Source: an uncultured Acidobacteriaceae bacterium
GTDB taxonomy: Bacteria > Acidobacteriota > Terriglobia > Terriglobales > Acidobacteriaceae
Direction of reading: 5' to 3'
Length of the DNA stretch: 64,000 nt
NCBI GenBank assembly: GCA_964245045.1
Contig: CAXTLD010000007.1
Location: forward strand, 1,971 to 65,970
The notes beneath the pieces are model-generated. The model made no database searches. It saw only the letters and a program-made list of their open reading frames with translations, and had not been told where the DNA came from. The position numbers and the translations under genes were made by a program. Of this stretch, positions 9,246 through 19,167 are shown piece after piece (the first letter of the stretch is position 1; every line of letters starts with the position of its first letter).

Positions 9246-10598
9246 ATGGAGGCACGTGTTAGTACATCGCCAAAGCAGATGCAGGTTGCGACTCCTGTCC
9301 TGCGCACGGGACGGGCGGTGCAGAACGGGTCGCAACAGCGGATAAAAGGCGCTGTCCACAAAGAGTTGATCCAGCGGCTCGATTTGGAGAAGCTTTCGGA
9401 ATTCCAAAGCTCCCGTAACGGGCAGCAACAACTTCTGTCCACGATCCATCAGCTGCTAGGCGAGCAAGAGACGCCCCTAAGCGCTACGGAACGGAGTGTC
9501 TTGGCGCAGGAGGTGATGGATGAGGTCTTCGGCCTTGGGCCTCTGGAGCCGTTGTTGCAGGATCCGACTGTAAGCGACATTTTGGTGAACACCTCAAAAG
9601 CTGTCTACGTTGAGCGACGTGGGCTTTTGGAGAAGACAGACGTTGTGTTCAACGACGATCGCCACCTGCTGCAGATCATCGACAAGATTGTTTCCAGTGT
9701 CGGGCGGCGTATCGACGAGTCCTCGCCCATGGTCGATTCGCGGTTGGCGGACGGTTCGCGCGTGAATGTGGTGATTCCCCCGTTGGCCGTGGACGGTCCC
9801 ATTCTTTCGATCCGGCGGTTCGGACGTTCGCCACTGACAGCGGAGGACCTTGTGCGTACGCGAATGCTGACGCAGCCCATGCTGGAAACGGTAGCGGCCG
9901 CGGTGAAGGCAAGGCTGAACATCGTTGTTTCAGGTGGCACCGGCGCAGGGAAGACCACGTTGCTGAACGTGCTTTCGGGGTTTATCTCTGAACGTGAACG
10001 GATTGTTACGATCGAGGACTCGGCGGAACTACAGCTGAAACAGGAACACGTCGTCCGGCTGGAAACCCGGCCGCCCAACGTGGAGGGCAAGGGTGCGGTA
10101 CGCCAGCGTGAACTTGTGATCAACGCTTTGCGGATGCGTCCCGATCGCGTGATCCTTGGCGAGGTACGTGGCGAAGAGACGTTGGATATGCTCCAGGCGA
10201 TGAACACCGGCCACGACGGATCAATTACGACCATTCATTCCAACACGCCGCGCGACGCGATCGCGCGTATGGAGACGATGGCGATGATGGGCGAGGTGCG
10301 GCTTGCCGACAAGGCCATCCGCGCGCAGATTGCGTCAGCAGTTCACCTGATTCTGCAGGTGTCTCGTATGAGCGATGGATCGCGGCGCGTGACCCACATT
10401 ACCGAGGTGACCGGAGCGTTTGAAAGTGTGGTCAACATGCAAGATATTTTCCTGTTTGAGAAGAAGGGCATCGACCCGCAAGGCAAAGTTCGAGGACGGT
10501 TCTTTGCGACCGGTGTCGCGCCTAAGTTCCAGGAGAAGCTGGCCGCCGCCGGCCTGTCGCTTCCAGCGGGACTTCAGAACCACGTGTGCGAGATCTGA
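9246..10598 (+). CDS. cpaF: Tad assembly ATPase CpaF/TadA
   Basis: [10 protein letters not shown], Walker [39 protein letters not shown]. Confidence 0.97.
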   Translation: MEARVSTSPKQMQVATPVLRTGRAVQNGSQQRIKGAVHKELIQRLDLEKLSEFQSSRNGQQQLLSTIHQLLGEQETPLSATERSVLAQEVMDEVFGLGPLEPLLQDPTVSDILVNTSKAVYVERRGLLEKTDVVFNDDRHLLQIIDKIVSSVGRRIDESSPMVDSRLADGSRVNVVIPPLAVDGPILSIRRFGRSPLTAEDLVRTRMLTQPMLETVAAAVKARLNIVVSGGTGAGKTTLLNVLSGFISERERIVTIEDSAELQLKQEHVVRLETRPPNVEGKGAVRQRELVINALRMRPDRVILGEVRGEETLDMLQAMNTGHDGSITTIHSNTPRDAIARMETMAMMGEVRLADKAIRAQIASAVHLILQVSRMSDGSRRVTHITEVTGAFESVVNMQDIFLFEKKGIDPQGKVRGRFFATGVAPKFQEKLAAAGLSLPAGLQNHVCEI

Positions 10599-10611
10599 CC
10601 CGGAGACTATC

Positions 10612-11580
10612 TTGCTGATCCTCATAAGCCTTGGCATCTTCAGCTTATTTATCCCGTTCATCCTTCTTGCGGGGCGGCGCTCCGAGGAGGACCGAAAGAT
10701 GCGGGCGCGATTTGCTGCCTTGAGAGCGGGTCGTGTGGGCGCCGGATCGGCTTCGGGTAGAGACACCGAGCTGCTGAAAAACGTCGAGGAGCGACCGAGC
10801 GGTTTGCTGCACGTGGCAATCGATCGTATGGCCTTGTTATTGAAACTCGAGGCGATCCTGCTGCAAGCAGAGAGCAAGCAGACACCCCGGGCGGTGTTGC
10901 GATCGTGCCTCATCGGGGCAGTAGGCCTGACGCTTGTGACGTTTCTCGGCACTCGCAATGTGCTCGTCACCGGAGTTGCTGCGGCAGCGGGCACTGCTGT
11001 CCCGGTTTTGTCGATCCGATTGAAGGCGAAGAAGCGCACCACCGCCATGACCAGGGTGCTGCCGGAAGTTTCGGACATGATCTCGCGCGCCTTGCGGGCG
11101 GGGCATTCCATCTCGGCTGCCCTTGGAATCGTTGCGGAGGAAGCTGCTGAACCCGCCCGTAGTGCCTTTGGCGAAGTGTTTCAAAAGCAGAAGTTTGGGC
11201 TCCCTTTGCGGGACGCGTTGCTGGAATTGGTCCAGAGCTTTCCGTCCCAAGACTTGAAGGTGCTCGTGACAGCCATTCTTGTCCAGCGGGACACGGGAGG
11301 GAACCTTGTGCAGATACTAGAGCGCACGGCAGCGGTGATACGTGAACGTCAAAAGCTCGAGGGAGAGGTGCGCGTCCATACCGCGCAGGGTAGGATGACC
11401 GGCTGGATTCTATGTATGTTACCGGTTCTCATGCTAGGGGTGCTCACCTTGGTGAACCCAAACTATCCGAAGACGCTTATCGATGATCCGTTGGGTCGCA
11501 AGTTACTTTATGGCGGGGTAGGTCTTCTTTGTCTGGGCGCATATCTCATTCAGCGCATCGTCAAGGGAATCGAGGTCTGA
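10612..11580 (+). CDS. tadB: TadB inner-membrane platform protein
   Basis: LPEVSDMISRALRAGHS, QRDTGGNL, TAQGRMTGWIL. Start placed at TTG 10612 after GGAGA. Confidence 0.92.
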   Translation: MLILISLGIFSLFIPFILLAGRRSEEDRKMRARFAALRAGRVGAGSASGRDTELLKNVEERPSGLLHVAIDRMALLLKLEAILLQAESKQTPRAVLRSCLIGAVGLTLVTFLGTRNVLVTGVAAAAGTAVPVLSIRLKAKKRTTAMTRVLPEVSDMISRALRAGHSISAALGIVAEEAAEPARSAFGEVFQKQKFGLPLRDALLELVQSFPSQDLKVLVTAILVQRDTGGNLVQILERTAAVIRERQKLEGEVRVHTAQGRMTGWILCMLPVLMLGVLTLVNPNYPKTLIDDPLGRKLLYGGVGLLCLGAYLIQRIVKGIEV

Positions 11581-11583
11581 GAG

Positions 11584-12486
11584 ATGGACGCCGGTCTGCT
11601 CTTCCTTAGTATGTTTGGCAGTTCTTGTTTAATTTTGCTGGCCTGCCTGCCCTGGGTACTGCGATCCTCCCCTGAGGCGGAGAGGATGTTTGCCTTGGTG
11701 AAAAGTAACCGCGAAGACAAGCGGCGCGTAGGGTTGTTAGAACGGCTGGTCACCATGCTGGCGGGAAATATCCGGCGGACGCGCAACGTTCTGGGCGGTG
11801 GCAAAAACGACAAGATGGCCAAGCGATTTATGGAAGCGGGACTGCGCGGGCAGAATCTTTCCGACATCTTTGTTTTGGCACAGATCCTTTGCTTACTTAT
11901 GGGAGGCCTCCTCGGCAGCTTTATTCCGTCTGACTCATTCTTCCTAGTGCTGGCCTTGGCGGCGGTGGGATTTATGGCTCCGGACCTATGGCTGACGTTC
12001 CAACAGAAAAAGCGGAGAGAACGTATCCGGCGGAGCGTGCCGGATATGGTTGACCTCCTGGTAATCTGTGTCGGTGCGGGGCTGGGACTGGATCAAGCAC
12101 TGCTTCGGGTGTCGGACGAATTACGCTTGTCTCATCCGGACATCGCGGAGGAACTCGAGCGCGTCATGCTGGAGCGACGAGCCGGGGCTTCCCGGATCGA
12201 TGCCTGGCGCGCGTTGGCGGAACGGACCAACATAAAGGAGTTTGCCGCGTTTGTGAGCATGCTCTCGGAGACTGACCGGTTTGGATCGCCGATCACGAAA
12301 GCGCTGAATGACTTCTCCGACGAACTGCGCACTAAGCGGCGTCAGAAGGCAGAGGAAGCAGCCGCGAAGACCAAGATAAAGATCATCTTCCCGCTTGTGA
12401 TCTGCATCTTTCCGTGCATCTTTATTGTGCTCTTGGTGCCGGCGCTTCTCGGGTTCATCCATAACTTCAGCAGCCTTGGCCGATGA
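11584..12486 (+). CDS. tadC: TadC inner-membrane platform protein
   Basis: VPDMVDLLVICVGAGLGLDQAL, ETDRFGSPI..AL, AEEAAAK...KIIFPL. Confidence 0.92.
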   Translation: MDAGLLFLSMFGSSCLILLACLPWVLRSSPEAERMFALVKSNREDKRRVGLLERLVTMLAGNIRRTRNVLGGGKNDKMAKRFMEAGLRGQNLSDIFVLAQILCLLMGGLLGSFIPSDSFFLVLALAAVGFMAPDLWLTFQQKKRRERIRRSVPDMVDLLVICVGAGLGLDQALLRVSDELRLSHPDIAEELERVMLERRAGASRIDAWRALAERTNIKEFAAFVSMLSETDRFGSPITKALNDFSDELRTKRRQKAEEAAAKTKIKIIFPLVICIFPCIFIVLLVPALLGFIHNFSSLGR

Positions 12487-12516
12487 AGTCGCCGAAGTCG
12501 TGCACGGACCCCCAAG

Positions 12517-13878
12517 CTAGGTTGTGGGCGATTGCAGAAGCGAGATCGCGGCAGCGGTCATCGCGGTAACGCCGGTACGCAACGTGGGTTCCGGGAGCGG
12601 TTCAAAGCGGCTGGTGTGGGGTCCCGGAAGGGCTTTGCCGGCAGCCTGCGCCGCAGCGAACTTGCTCGGATCCATCGCGCCGAGCCAGAAAAAGGCAACG
12701 GGGATCTGCTTATCCAGACTGAAGACGCCGACGTCTTCGCTGCCCATAACTCTCTGCTGCTGCAGGACATTGTCTGCGCCGAGCGCTTGCACGAGTACGG
12801 GCTGCAGCTGCGCCATCAGGGCAGGGTTGTTGAACATCACTGGGGTGGACTCATCGGTGAGCACGGTGACTCGGGCGGCCTTGTCGGGCGGCAAGTTGTA
12901 GGCGGTGGTCAGACCGGCGGCCAAGGAGTTGAGGCCGTCGATGACGACCTGGCGGCTCTTGTCGGAAAAGGCGCGTGTGGTGAGCTCGAGCTTGACCTCG
13001 TCAGGGATGATGTTGCGCTTGGTGCCGCCGTGGATGTCGCCCACGGTCACGACGGAAGGATCCTGGGGATCCTCTTCGCGGCTCACGATCGTCTGCAACT
13101 CGGTGATGTAGTACGCCGCGAGGGTGACAGGATCGCGGCCCAGTTGCGGGGCGGAGCCGTGACCGCCGATTCCGTGGATGAGGACGTCGATCGAGGTAGA
13201 GCTGGCGAGGGTGGGGCCGGGGACGAAGCCGAGCTTGCCGGCGGGCAGCGTGTTGGTGTCGTGGAGGCCGATGATCTTATCTGGCCGGCCAAAGCGGGCG
13301 TAAAGGTTATCGGCGAGCATGGCTTTGGCCCCGTCGATGGTTTCCTCAGAGGGCTGCCCGACGAGCATCAGGGTGCCGTGCCATTGGGACTTCGCCAGGG
13401 CGAGCGCGTGAGCGGTGCCGATCATGACGGTGGTGTGCACATCGTGGCCGCAGGCGTGCATGACGCCGGTGTCCTGCCCGGACTTAGTCTTGGTCATGAC
13501 CTTGCTGGCATACGGAACGCCGGTCTCCTCGATAATGGGCAGGGCATCCATGTCGGCGCGAATGAGCAGCGTGGGACCCGGGCCGTTCTTGAGAATGCCG
13601 ACCACACCGTACGCGTGGGAGCCATCGGGGTAGAGGCCCACGTGCTCGGTGACGGTGTAGCCGTCGGCGCGCAACGCCTTTGCGAGGATAGCGGAGGTGC
13701 GGACCTCGTTATGGGATAGCTCTGGATGCGCGTGAAGGTCCTTATAAATTTCCGTGAGGGCGGGGAACTCGGCGTTGATGGTGGAGGGAACCGATTGTGC
13801 ATACGCGGCGGACAGCACGCCCAAGGTGGAGGCGCAGACGGCGAGGCGGACGCTGAAGCGGGCAAAAGTTGGTCGCAT
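12517..13878 (-). CDS. M20D family amidohydrolase with signal peptide
   Basis: LHAHPELS..E, RADMDALP, MHACGHD.H, QPSEE, GGHGSAP, GSEDVG. Start set at ATG 13878 (MRPTFARF...AAYAQ). Confidence 0.9.
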   Translation of the reverse strand: MRPTFARFSVRLAVCASTLGVLSAAYAQSVPSTINAEFPALTEIYKDLHAHPELSHNEVRTSAILAKALRADGYTVTEHVGLYPDGSHAYGVVGILKNGPGPTLLIRADMDALPIIEETGVPYASKVMTKTKSGQDTGVMHACGHDVHTTVMIGTAHALALAKSQWHGTLMLVGQPSEETIDGAKAMLADNLYARFGRPDKIIGLHDTNTLPAGKLGFVPGPTLASSTSIDVLIHGIGGHGSAPQLGRDPVTLAAYYITELQTIVSREEDPQDPSVVTVGDIHGGTKRNIIPDEVKLELTTRAFSDKSRQVVIDGLNSLAAGLTTAYNLPPDKAARVTVLTDESTPVMFNNPALMAQLQPVLVQALGADNVLQQQRVMGSEDVGVFSLDKQIPVAFFWLGAMDPSKFAAAQAAGKALPGPHTSRFEPLPEPTLRTGVTAMTAAAISLLQSPTT

Positions 13879-14044
13879 GGTTTGGGACAGTATGCCACGC
13901 ACACGCCAGAGTCGGAGGAGATAGCCCCGTATGGAGCCTGACAGCGGGAGTATTTTGCCTCCCAAAGGACCAGGTCGCCTGTTGGCTTCAGCGCGCGGTG
14001 CGGCCGAGCAGATTTGCTACCAGCCGCTACGATAGGCTGAGCCA

Positions 14045-15193
14045 ATGCCGCACATCGCCTTCTTTCCAGACAGCTTTCACGAGGTGAACGGGGTGGCCCA
14101 CACGGCGCGCCAGTTCGTCGCGTTTGCGGAGCGCCGCGGCATCCCCATGCTGTGCGTGCGTGCGGGCGGGCGCGCAGACAGGCTTGTTCGGCAAGGCACG
14201 GTTGACGTTCTGGAGCTCGGGCGCAGCAGTTGGTCCGTGCGCCTCGAACAAGACCTCTCGTTCGACCCACTCTACTTCCGGCACGTCCGAGCTATCGGCA
14301 ACGCCTTGCGCAGGTTCAGGCCTGAGGTGATTCACATCACCGGGCCAAGCGAGCTCGGCATCCTGGGCGCGGCGTTTGCCTGGCGCCTCGGAGTGCCGCT
14401 TGTCGCGAGCTGGCACACCAACGTGCATGAGTATGCCGGGCGGCGGCTCGCGGCGAGCACACAGCGGCTCGGGCGATGGAGCGCCGGGCTTGGCCGCGTC
14501 GCCGAGGCCGGCGCCCTGCGTGTCGCCACGCAGTTCTACCGCATGGCCAAGGTGCTGTATGCGCCCAATCCGCCGCTGTGCGCGCTGCTGCAGGCCAGAA
14601 CCGGGCGCCCTTGCCGCCTGATGCAGCGCGGTGTGGACACCGAGCTCTTCTCGCCCGCAAGGCGAACGCGTTCTTCGGCGCATCCGTTGACGTTGGGGTA
14701 TGTGGGACGTTTGTCTGTGGAGAAGAACGTTGCCCTGCTGCCGCGAATCGACCGCGAGTTGCGGGCCCGAGGTCTGGACCCACACTGGGTGATCGTGGGT
14801 CATGGGGCAGAAGAGCGCAGCTTGCGGCAGCAGATGGGCGCCGCAGCTCAGTTTACGGGTGTCTTGCGCGGCAAAGCGCTGGCGGTGGCGTACGCGAACA
14901 TGGATCTGCTGGTCTTTCCGTCGCACACCGATACTTTTGGAAACGTTGTGCTCGAGGCGCTTGCCAGCGGTGTTCCAGCCATCGTTACACCCGATGGAGG
15001 GCCGGCGCACATCGTCGCGGACGGGCAAACCGGTTGCATCGCGGACGACGAGGGGTTTGCTGCCGCAATCGCGCATCTGGCCGAAGCGACCGATCCCAGG
15101 GCTGCGATGGGACGTGCAGCGCGAACCTACGCGCTCGGTTGCTCCTGGGACGCGGTCTTCGAGCGCGTGTTAGCGGCCTACCCTGTGCCTTGA
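14045..15193 (+). CDS. Glycosyltransferase family 4 (GT-B)
   Basis: NGVAHT, GVDTELFSP, YVGRLSVEKN, FPSHTDTFGNVVLEALASGVP. Confidence 0.9.
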   Translation: MPHIAFFPDSFHEVNGVAHTARQFVAFAERRGIPMLCVRAGGRADRLVRQGTVDVLELGRSSWSVRLEQDLSFDPLYFRHVRAIGNALRRFRPEVIHITGPSELGILGAAFAWRLGVPLVASWHTNVHEYAGRRLAASTQRLGRWSAGLGRVAEAGALRVATQFYRMAKVLYAPNPPLCALLQARTGRPCRLMQRGVDTELFSPARRTRSSAHPLTLGYVGRLSVEKNVALLPRIDRELRARGLDPHWVIVGHGAEERSLRQQMGAAAQFTGVLRGKALAVAYANMDLLVFPSHTDTFGNVVLEALASGVPAIVTPDGGPAHIVADGQTGCIADDEGFAAAIAHLAEATDPRAAMGRAARTYALGCSWDAVFERVLAAYPVP

Positions 15194-16783
15194 TGCGGCC
15201 ATCTTTGCGGACGGACGCCGGCTCGCAGAGAGCTCACAAAGCAGTGCGGCGTTAGACGGCAGGGTGAAGTGGTCGATCGTCTCACCGGCAACCTCGCGAG
15301 CCGACGAGGCGAAGAGTAGACGTAGCGGACCGGATCGGAGGCCCAGCCCCTCGAGCGCACCGCGTATCGACAGTGTGACAGCTACACCAGACAGGTTGAC
15401 GGCCCCAATGACATTTGCTACGGTGCGCGTTCCTGCCGGAGCCCGCCGGACCCAGACCAGCGTGCCCGGCACGTTGGACGCGAGCACCCGAAGTTCGCCA
15501 TGACGCAGGGAAGCATTGGCGTGGTGTAACGCGATGAGCTGCCGGTAAGCGTGCAACAACGAACCCGGATCGCGGTCCTCAGTGACCACATTCTTCCGTG
15601 GATTAACGGCAATGGGCGCGGGCAAGGGAGCACTGGTGAATCCGGGCAAGGCATCAGGTTCTGGCGCCGTCGCCGGCAAGTTGGGGTCCGCAACGACGCG
15701 AACAGAAGAGGCAGGGGGGCCGGTCAGCTCGCGAGGCGGCCGCACATAGGGGTGGTAGGCGCCAAACTGCCCGCTCGGCGAACCCGCTGGGGCGGATCCG
15801 ATGCCATTGGCCTCTGCGACGGTAGCCGGTGTTCGATTCGAGGGCGTCCACTGCATCACGGGCAGGGCGGCTGATGCCTTGCCGGGCGTGGGGGAAGGAA
15901 AGGTGTTCAGGCCGATTTCCTGACCGAAGTTCAGCATCACGGCGCCGCGTCCTCCGAACAGCAGGGCAGCGTCAGCGATGGCGTGGCCTGAGCCGGCAGC
16001 GGCAAAGACCGCAAACCGCTGCAGCGGATTCAACCCTAGGCCGGGTTGTTGGCTGGCGGCGGCCAAAGCATCACCAAGGGTTTCCGCGCTGCCGGACCCG
16101 ACCGGCAGGGGCGAGGTCCCGACCAGCACACCACCGCGCGCCGTTGCCACGGTGTCCGTGCCGTGACGGCCAAAGGTAGGAGCAACGCCGGTGGAGGACG
16201 GCGCAGACTCAGTGATCAGCACGCGCTCACCGGGGAAGGATCGGACGAGGTACTCCAATACGGAAACCAGCGATGTATAGCTCGGAGCTCCCATCATGTT
16301 GCCCTCAGGCTTGGGCAGCCAGAAGCCAGCGATCCCGGCACTGAGCCAAGTGCGCGCGGAACCTAGGACGGCGTCACGTGGCCCAACCTCCAACGCCGCA
16401 GGCACGGTCATCAGCACGCGAAGGTGATGCCGACTCGCTTCCCGGATCAGATCGCCCAGATCGCGATCGGACACTGGCCCATCCAGCGCATCCGGCCCAT
16501 CCAGGAGCAGCGCGTCGACACCGAGCGACTGGAGGTAGTCCAGCCGTTGCACGATGCCCTCAACGTCGCCCTGGCCATCGCCATCCGAGTCCTGAAAGCG
16601 GGCTGGGTCAATGCGGTAGATGACGGCTCGTAGCCACCAGGGCTCGGGAGCGACCCCGGACCCGGCCCAGCCAGGACGCGCAAGCACCTGCGCCTTGGCC
16701 GCGAAGGCGAAAAGCAGACCCAGGCCCAGGACGAACGCCGTTCCACGTGCAAGCCGAAACAAGGGAAGTCTTACTCCATCCAC
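15170..16783 (-). CDS. Alpha-amylase (GH13)-fold protein, secreted, apparently non-catalytic
   Basis: PWWLRAVIYRIDPARFQDSDGDGQGDVEGIVQRLDYLQSLGVDAL N-terminus and SLLHAYRQLIALHHANASLRHG C-terminus; catalytic regions degenerate. Confidence 0.75.
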   Translation of the reverse strand: MDGVRLPLFRLARGTAFVLGLGLLFAFAAKAQVLARPGWAGSGVAPEPWWLRAVIYRIDPARFQDSDGDGQGDVEGIVQRLDYLQSLGVDALLLDGPDALDGPVSDRDLGDLIREASRHHLRVLMTVPAALEVGPRDAVLGSARTWLSAGIAGFWLPKPEGNMMGAPSYTSLVSVLEYLVRSFPGERVLITESAPSSTGVAPTFGRHGTDTVATARGGVLVGTSPLPVGSGSAETLGDALAAASQQPGLGLNPLQRFAVFAAAGSGHAIADAALLFGGRGAVMLNFGQEIGLNTFPSPTPGKASAALPVMQWTPSNRTPATVAEANGIGSAPAGSPSGQFGAYHPYVRPPRELTGPPASSVRVVADPNLPATAPEPDALPGFTSAPLPAPIAVNPRKNVVTEDRDPGSLLHAYRQLIALHHANASLRHGELRVLASNVPGTLVWVRRAPAGTRTVANVIGAVNLSGVAVTLSIRGALEGLGLRSGPLRLLFASSAREVAGETIDHFTLPSNAALLCELSASRRPSAKMAASRHRVGR

Positions 16784-16788
16784 AATCG

Positions 16789-17502
16789 TCAGCGGACCGA
16801 CGCCGACTGAGGCCCAGTCTCTTCCGTCAACGCTGGAAGGAGATCCGCGTAGACGAATCCGTCCCGCGCCACAACCTCACCGGCGCGCACTTCGATCCTA
16901 CGCCGGAACATCGGCCCCGCGTGGGTAAACGTGTGGAACTCGCCATTCTCACCGCAAGGGTCTACGCCGCCCGGGAGTTCTCGCAGAAGATGGCGATCAA
17001 ACCGCCGTCCCGCAAAGGAGGCATCGAGCCGGCGCGGGTCGATGCAGGTGAGCTTGGCTTCCAGGCCGCCGTCCAGCATCTGCTCGGCCAGCGTCCCGGT
17101 CGGCTCGCCCCAGAGCGGAAACAGCGACTGCAGCCCAAACGGGGCCAGACTTGCCTCGCGATACTGCCGAATGTCTTCTAAGAAGAGGTCGCCGAAGGCG
17201 ATGCCATGCAGGCCCTCGCTGACGCAACGGTCGATCGCCGGAGCCATCGCGGCTTCGTAGGCTACATTACTGCACGGCCAAGGCAGGTTTACCTGCCAGA
17301 GTGGAAGGCCGGCTGCCTCCGCTTGTGCATGAAGGAGAGACTCGCGATATCCATGGATCGCCACGCGCGCGAAGTGCCGGTTCACCGTAGTCAACAGCCC
17401 AACCACCTCGAACGACGCCCACTGCGGGGCGGAACGCAGCCGGTGCAGGGTCCACGCGCTGTCCTTGCCGCCCGACCAGCTGAGTAGAATCCGCTTGGTC
17501 AC
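16789..17502 (-). CDS. Dph6/MJ0570-like PP-loop ATP-binding protein
   Basis: LLSWSGGKDS PP-loop, AFGDLFLEDIRQYRE, FPLW, DPCGENGEFHT. Confidence 0.88.
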   Translation of the reverse strand: MTKRILLSWSGGKDSAWTLHRLRSAPQWASFEVVGLLTTVNRHFARVAIHGYRESLLHAQAEAAGLPLWQVNLPWPCSNVAYEAAMAPAIDRCVSEGLHGIAFGDLFLEDIRQYREASLAPFGLQSLFPLWGEPTGTLAEQMLDGGLEAKLTCIDPRRLDASFAGRRFDRHLLRELPGGVDPCGENGEFHTFTHAGPMFRRRIEVRAGEVVARDGFVYADLLPALTEETGPQSASVR

Positions 17503-19094
17503 ATGCCCAAAAACGCGCGATACCGCGACTGGAGCAAGCCTGTGCCCCGTGCCAGGTTTATCTTGGCTGTATTGAACTGATATGACGCGCTGACCAACTG
17601 GGCCTCGGAGCCGGTAACCGCCGCCTCGGCGTCCACAACCTCCAGATTGTCCGTTACCCCGGCGGAAAAGCGGTCGCGGGCGTCGGACAGCTCTTGCAAC
17701 GCCAGTTCGACGTTACTGCGGGCCACACCGACCAGCTGCGAGGCGGTCTCGACATCGAGCAGGCTCGCCCGGACCTGCGCCTCAATGGTGCCGCGAAGGT
17801 TGGCCTCTTGGTCCCGCGCCAGCTGCAACTGGGCGTCAACAGTCTGCTGCTCGCCGCGCTGGGCGGCCTCGCGGAAAATGGGGACCCGCAAGCTGCCTTC
17901 GGCGGTGAAAACGCCGTGGTACAGCCCCGTCGTCTCGCCCACGACCCCGTAGAAGCCATTAACCCCAAGTGTCGGAAGACGTTGATACCGGACGGCTTTC
18001 ACCTCGTGACCGGCAACGAGGATGGCTTGCTGCAGCGACAATAGATCGTCACGATGGGTGTACGCCGTGTCGAGCGCCTGTTGCAGATCGAAGGCCCCAA
18101 GCTCGACAAAGGGCGTTTCATCCGTCAGGTCTACCTGTTGCCCGGCGGGCAAACCCATGATCCGGTTCAGCTGTATACCATCCTTGTCCAGCTGCGTTTC
18201 CGCGGACACATGTTGCTGCTGCTGCTGCTGGTACTGCACCTGAGCGCGCAAAACGTCCAGCTTGACGCCGATGCCAGCCTGATCTCTCTGGATCGCCTGA
18301 TCCAGCAGGGCCTTGGCGGACCCTTCTTGCGCGATGGCGTTCTGGAGATTGGCCTGGTCCGCGAGCACCTTGAGGTAGGCCGTTGTGACCGCCTGAACGA
18401 GCTGCTCGTTCGCGTCCGCCAGGCTCAAATCGACGGATTTGAACTCCGGCTTGATGGCGCGGTAGAGCTCAAAGTCCGGCATGTTGAAAATCTGCTGGTT
18501 CAGGCTTACCTGTGCCGTCGTCGTGTTGACCTTGACTATGTTGTGCAGGTCGGCAGGGTTGATGCCGAAGGAGGACAGCAAAGGCCCCAGGTTCGCTGGC
18601 TTGAAGCCGAGGGCGGCGAGGTTGATCTCCTGCGCGGAGCTGGCGACCTTTAGCTGCAAGTCAGGCAGGATCGCATTAGCAATCTGCCCGCGGTAGCCGC
18701 GCACGGCGCGCTGGTTGGCCACCTGAAACTTGATGCGCAGGTTGCGCGCCAGGCCGAGAGAGACAGCGTCGTCCAGCGACAGCGGCAAGGGGCCGTCCAC
18801 CGGTTTTTCCACAGCGAATCCACCCGGGCCGGCGATCGTCCCAGAGCCGACGAACTTGACCCCCGAGCCTGGCCCACGAACCAAGCCGTTGCCCGGCGCA
18901 GACAGTTGCGCGCTCGGAGCCTGCGGCAGCGCCGGCACGGCGGTCGCCTGGGTTGGTGTGCCGGCCTGTCCGGGAACTAGGTGCCCGGCACCACCCGGCA
19001 CCGGCGGAGGTGACACAGTCTGCCCAAGGGCGCTGCCGCGCGCTACGCACAACGCCGCGGCTGCCGCGAGGAGGAATGTGAAGCGAGTGTGCAC
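17499..19094 (-). CDS. TolC family outer-membrane channel
   Basis: Signal peptide, LSLDDAVSLGLARN, two OEP repeats (AYLKVL..., RFSAGVTDNLEVVDAE). Start set at GTG 19094. Confidence 0.88.
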   Translation of the reverse strand: MHTRFTFLLAAAAALCVARGSALGQTVSPPPVPGGAGHLVPGQAGTPTQATAVPALPQAPSAQLSAPGNGLVRGPGSGVKFVGSGTIAGPGGFAVEKPVDGPLPLSLDDAVSLGLARNLRIKFQVANQRAVRGYRGQIANAILPDLQLKVASSAQEINLAALGFKPANLGPLLSSFGINPADLHNIVKVNTTTAQVSLNQQIFNMPDFELYRAIKPEFKSVDLSLADANEQLVQAVTTAYLKVLADQANLQNAIAQEGSAKALLDQAIQRDQAGIGVKLDVLRAQVQYQQQQQQHVSAETQLDKDGIQLNRIMGLPAGQQVDLTDETPFVELGAFDLQQALDTAYTHRDDLLSLQQAILVAGHEVKAVRYQRLPTLGVNGFYGVVGETTGLYHGVFTAEGSLRVPIFREAAQRGEQQTVDAQLQLARDQEANLRGTIEAQVRASLLDVETASQLVGVARSNVELALQELSDARDRFSAGVTDNLEVVDAEAAVTGSEAQLVSASYQFNTAKINLARGTGLLQSRYRAFLGM

Positions 19095-19167
19095 GGCTTT
19101 TAGAGTGCCATGCCACGCCGGAGGATGCGACTTCTTTGCTGAACGCGAAACGAAGCGAAGCGCCATC

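Noticed and set aside
12487-12516. Attachment site or tRNA at the Tad island right boundary
   Set aside because: No tRNA, direct repeat or integrase is visible in the window.
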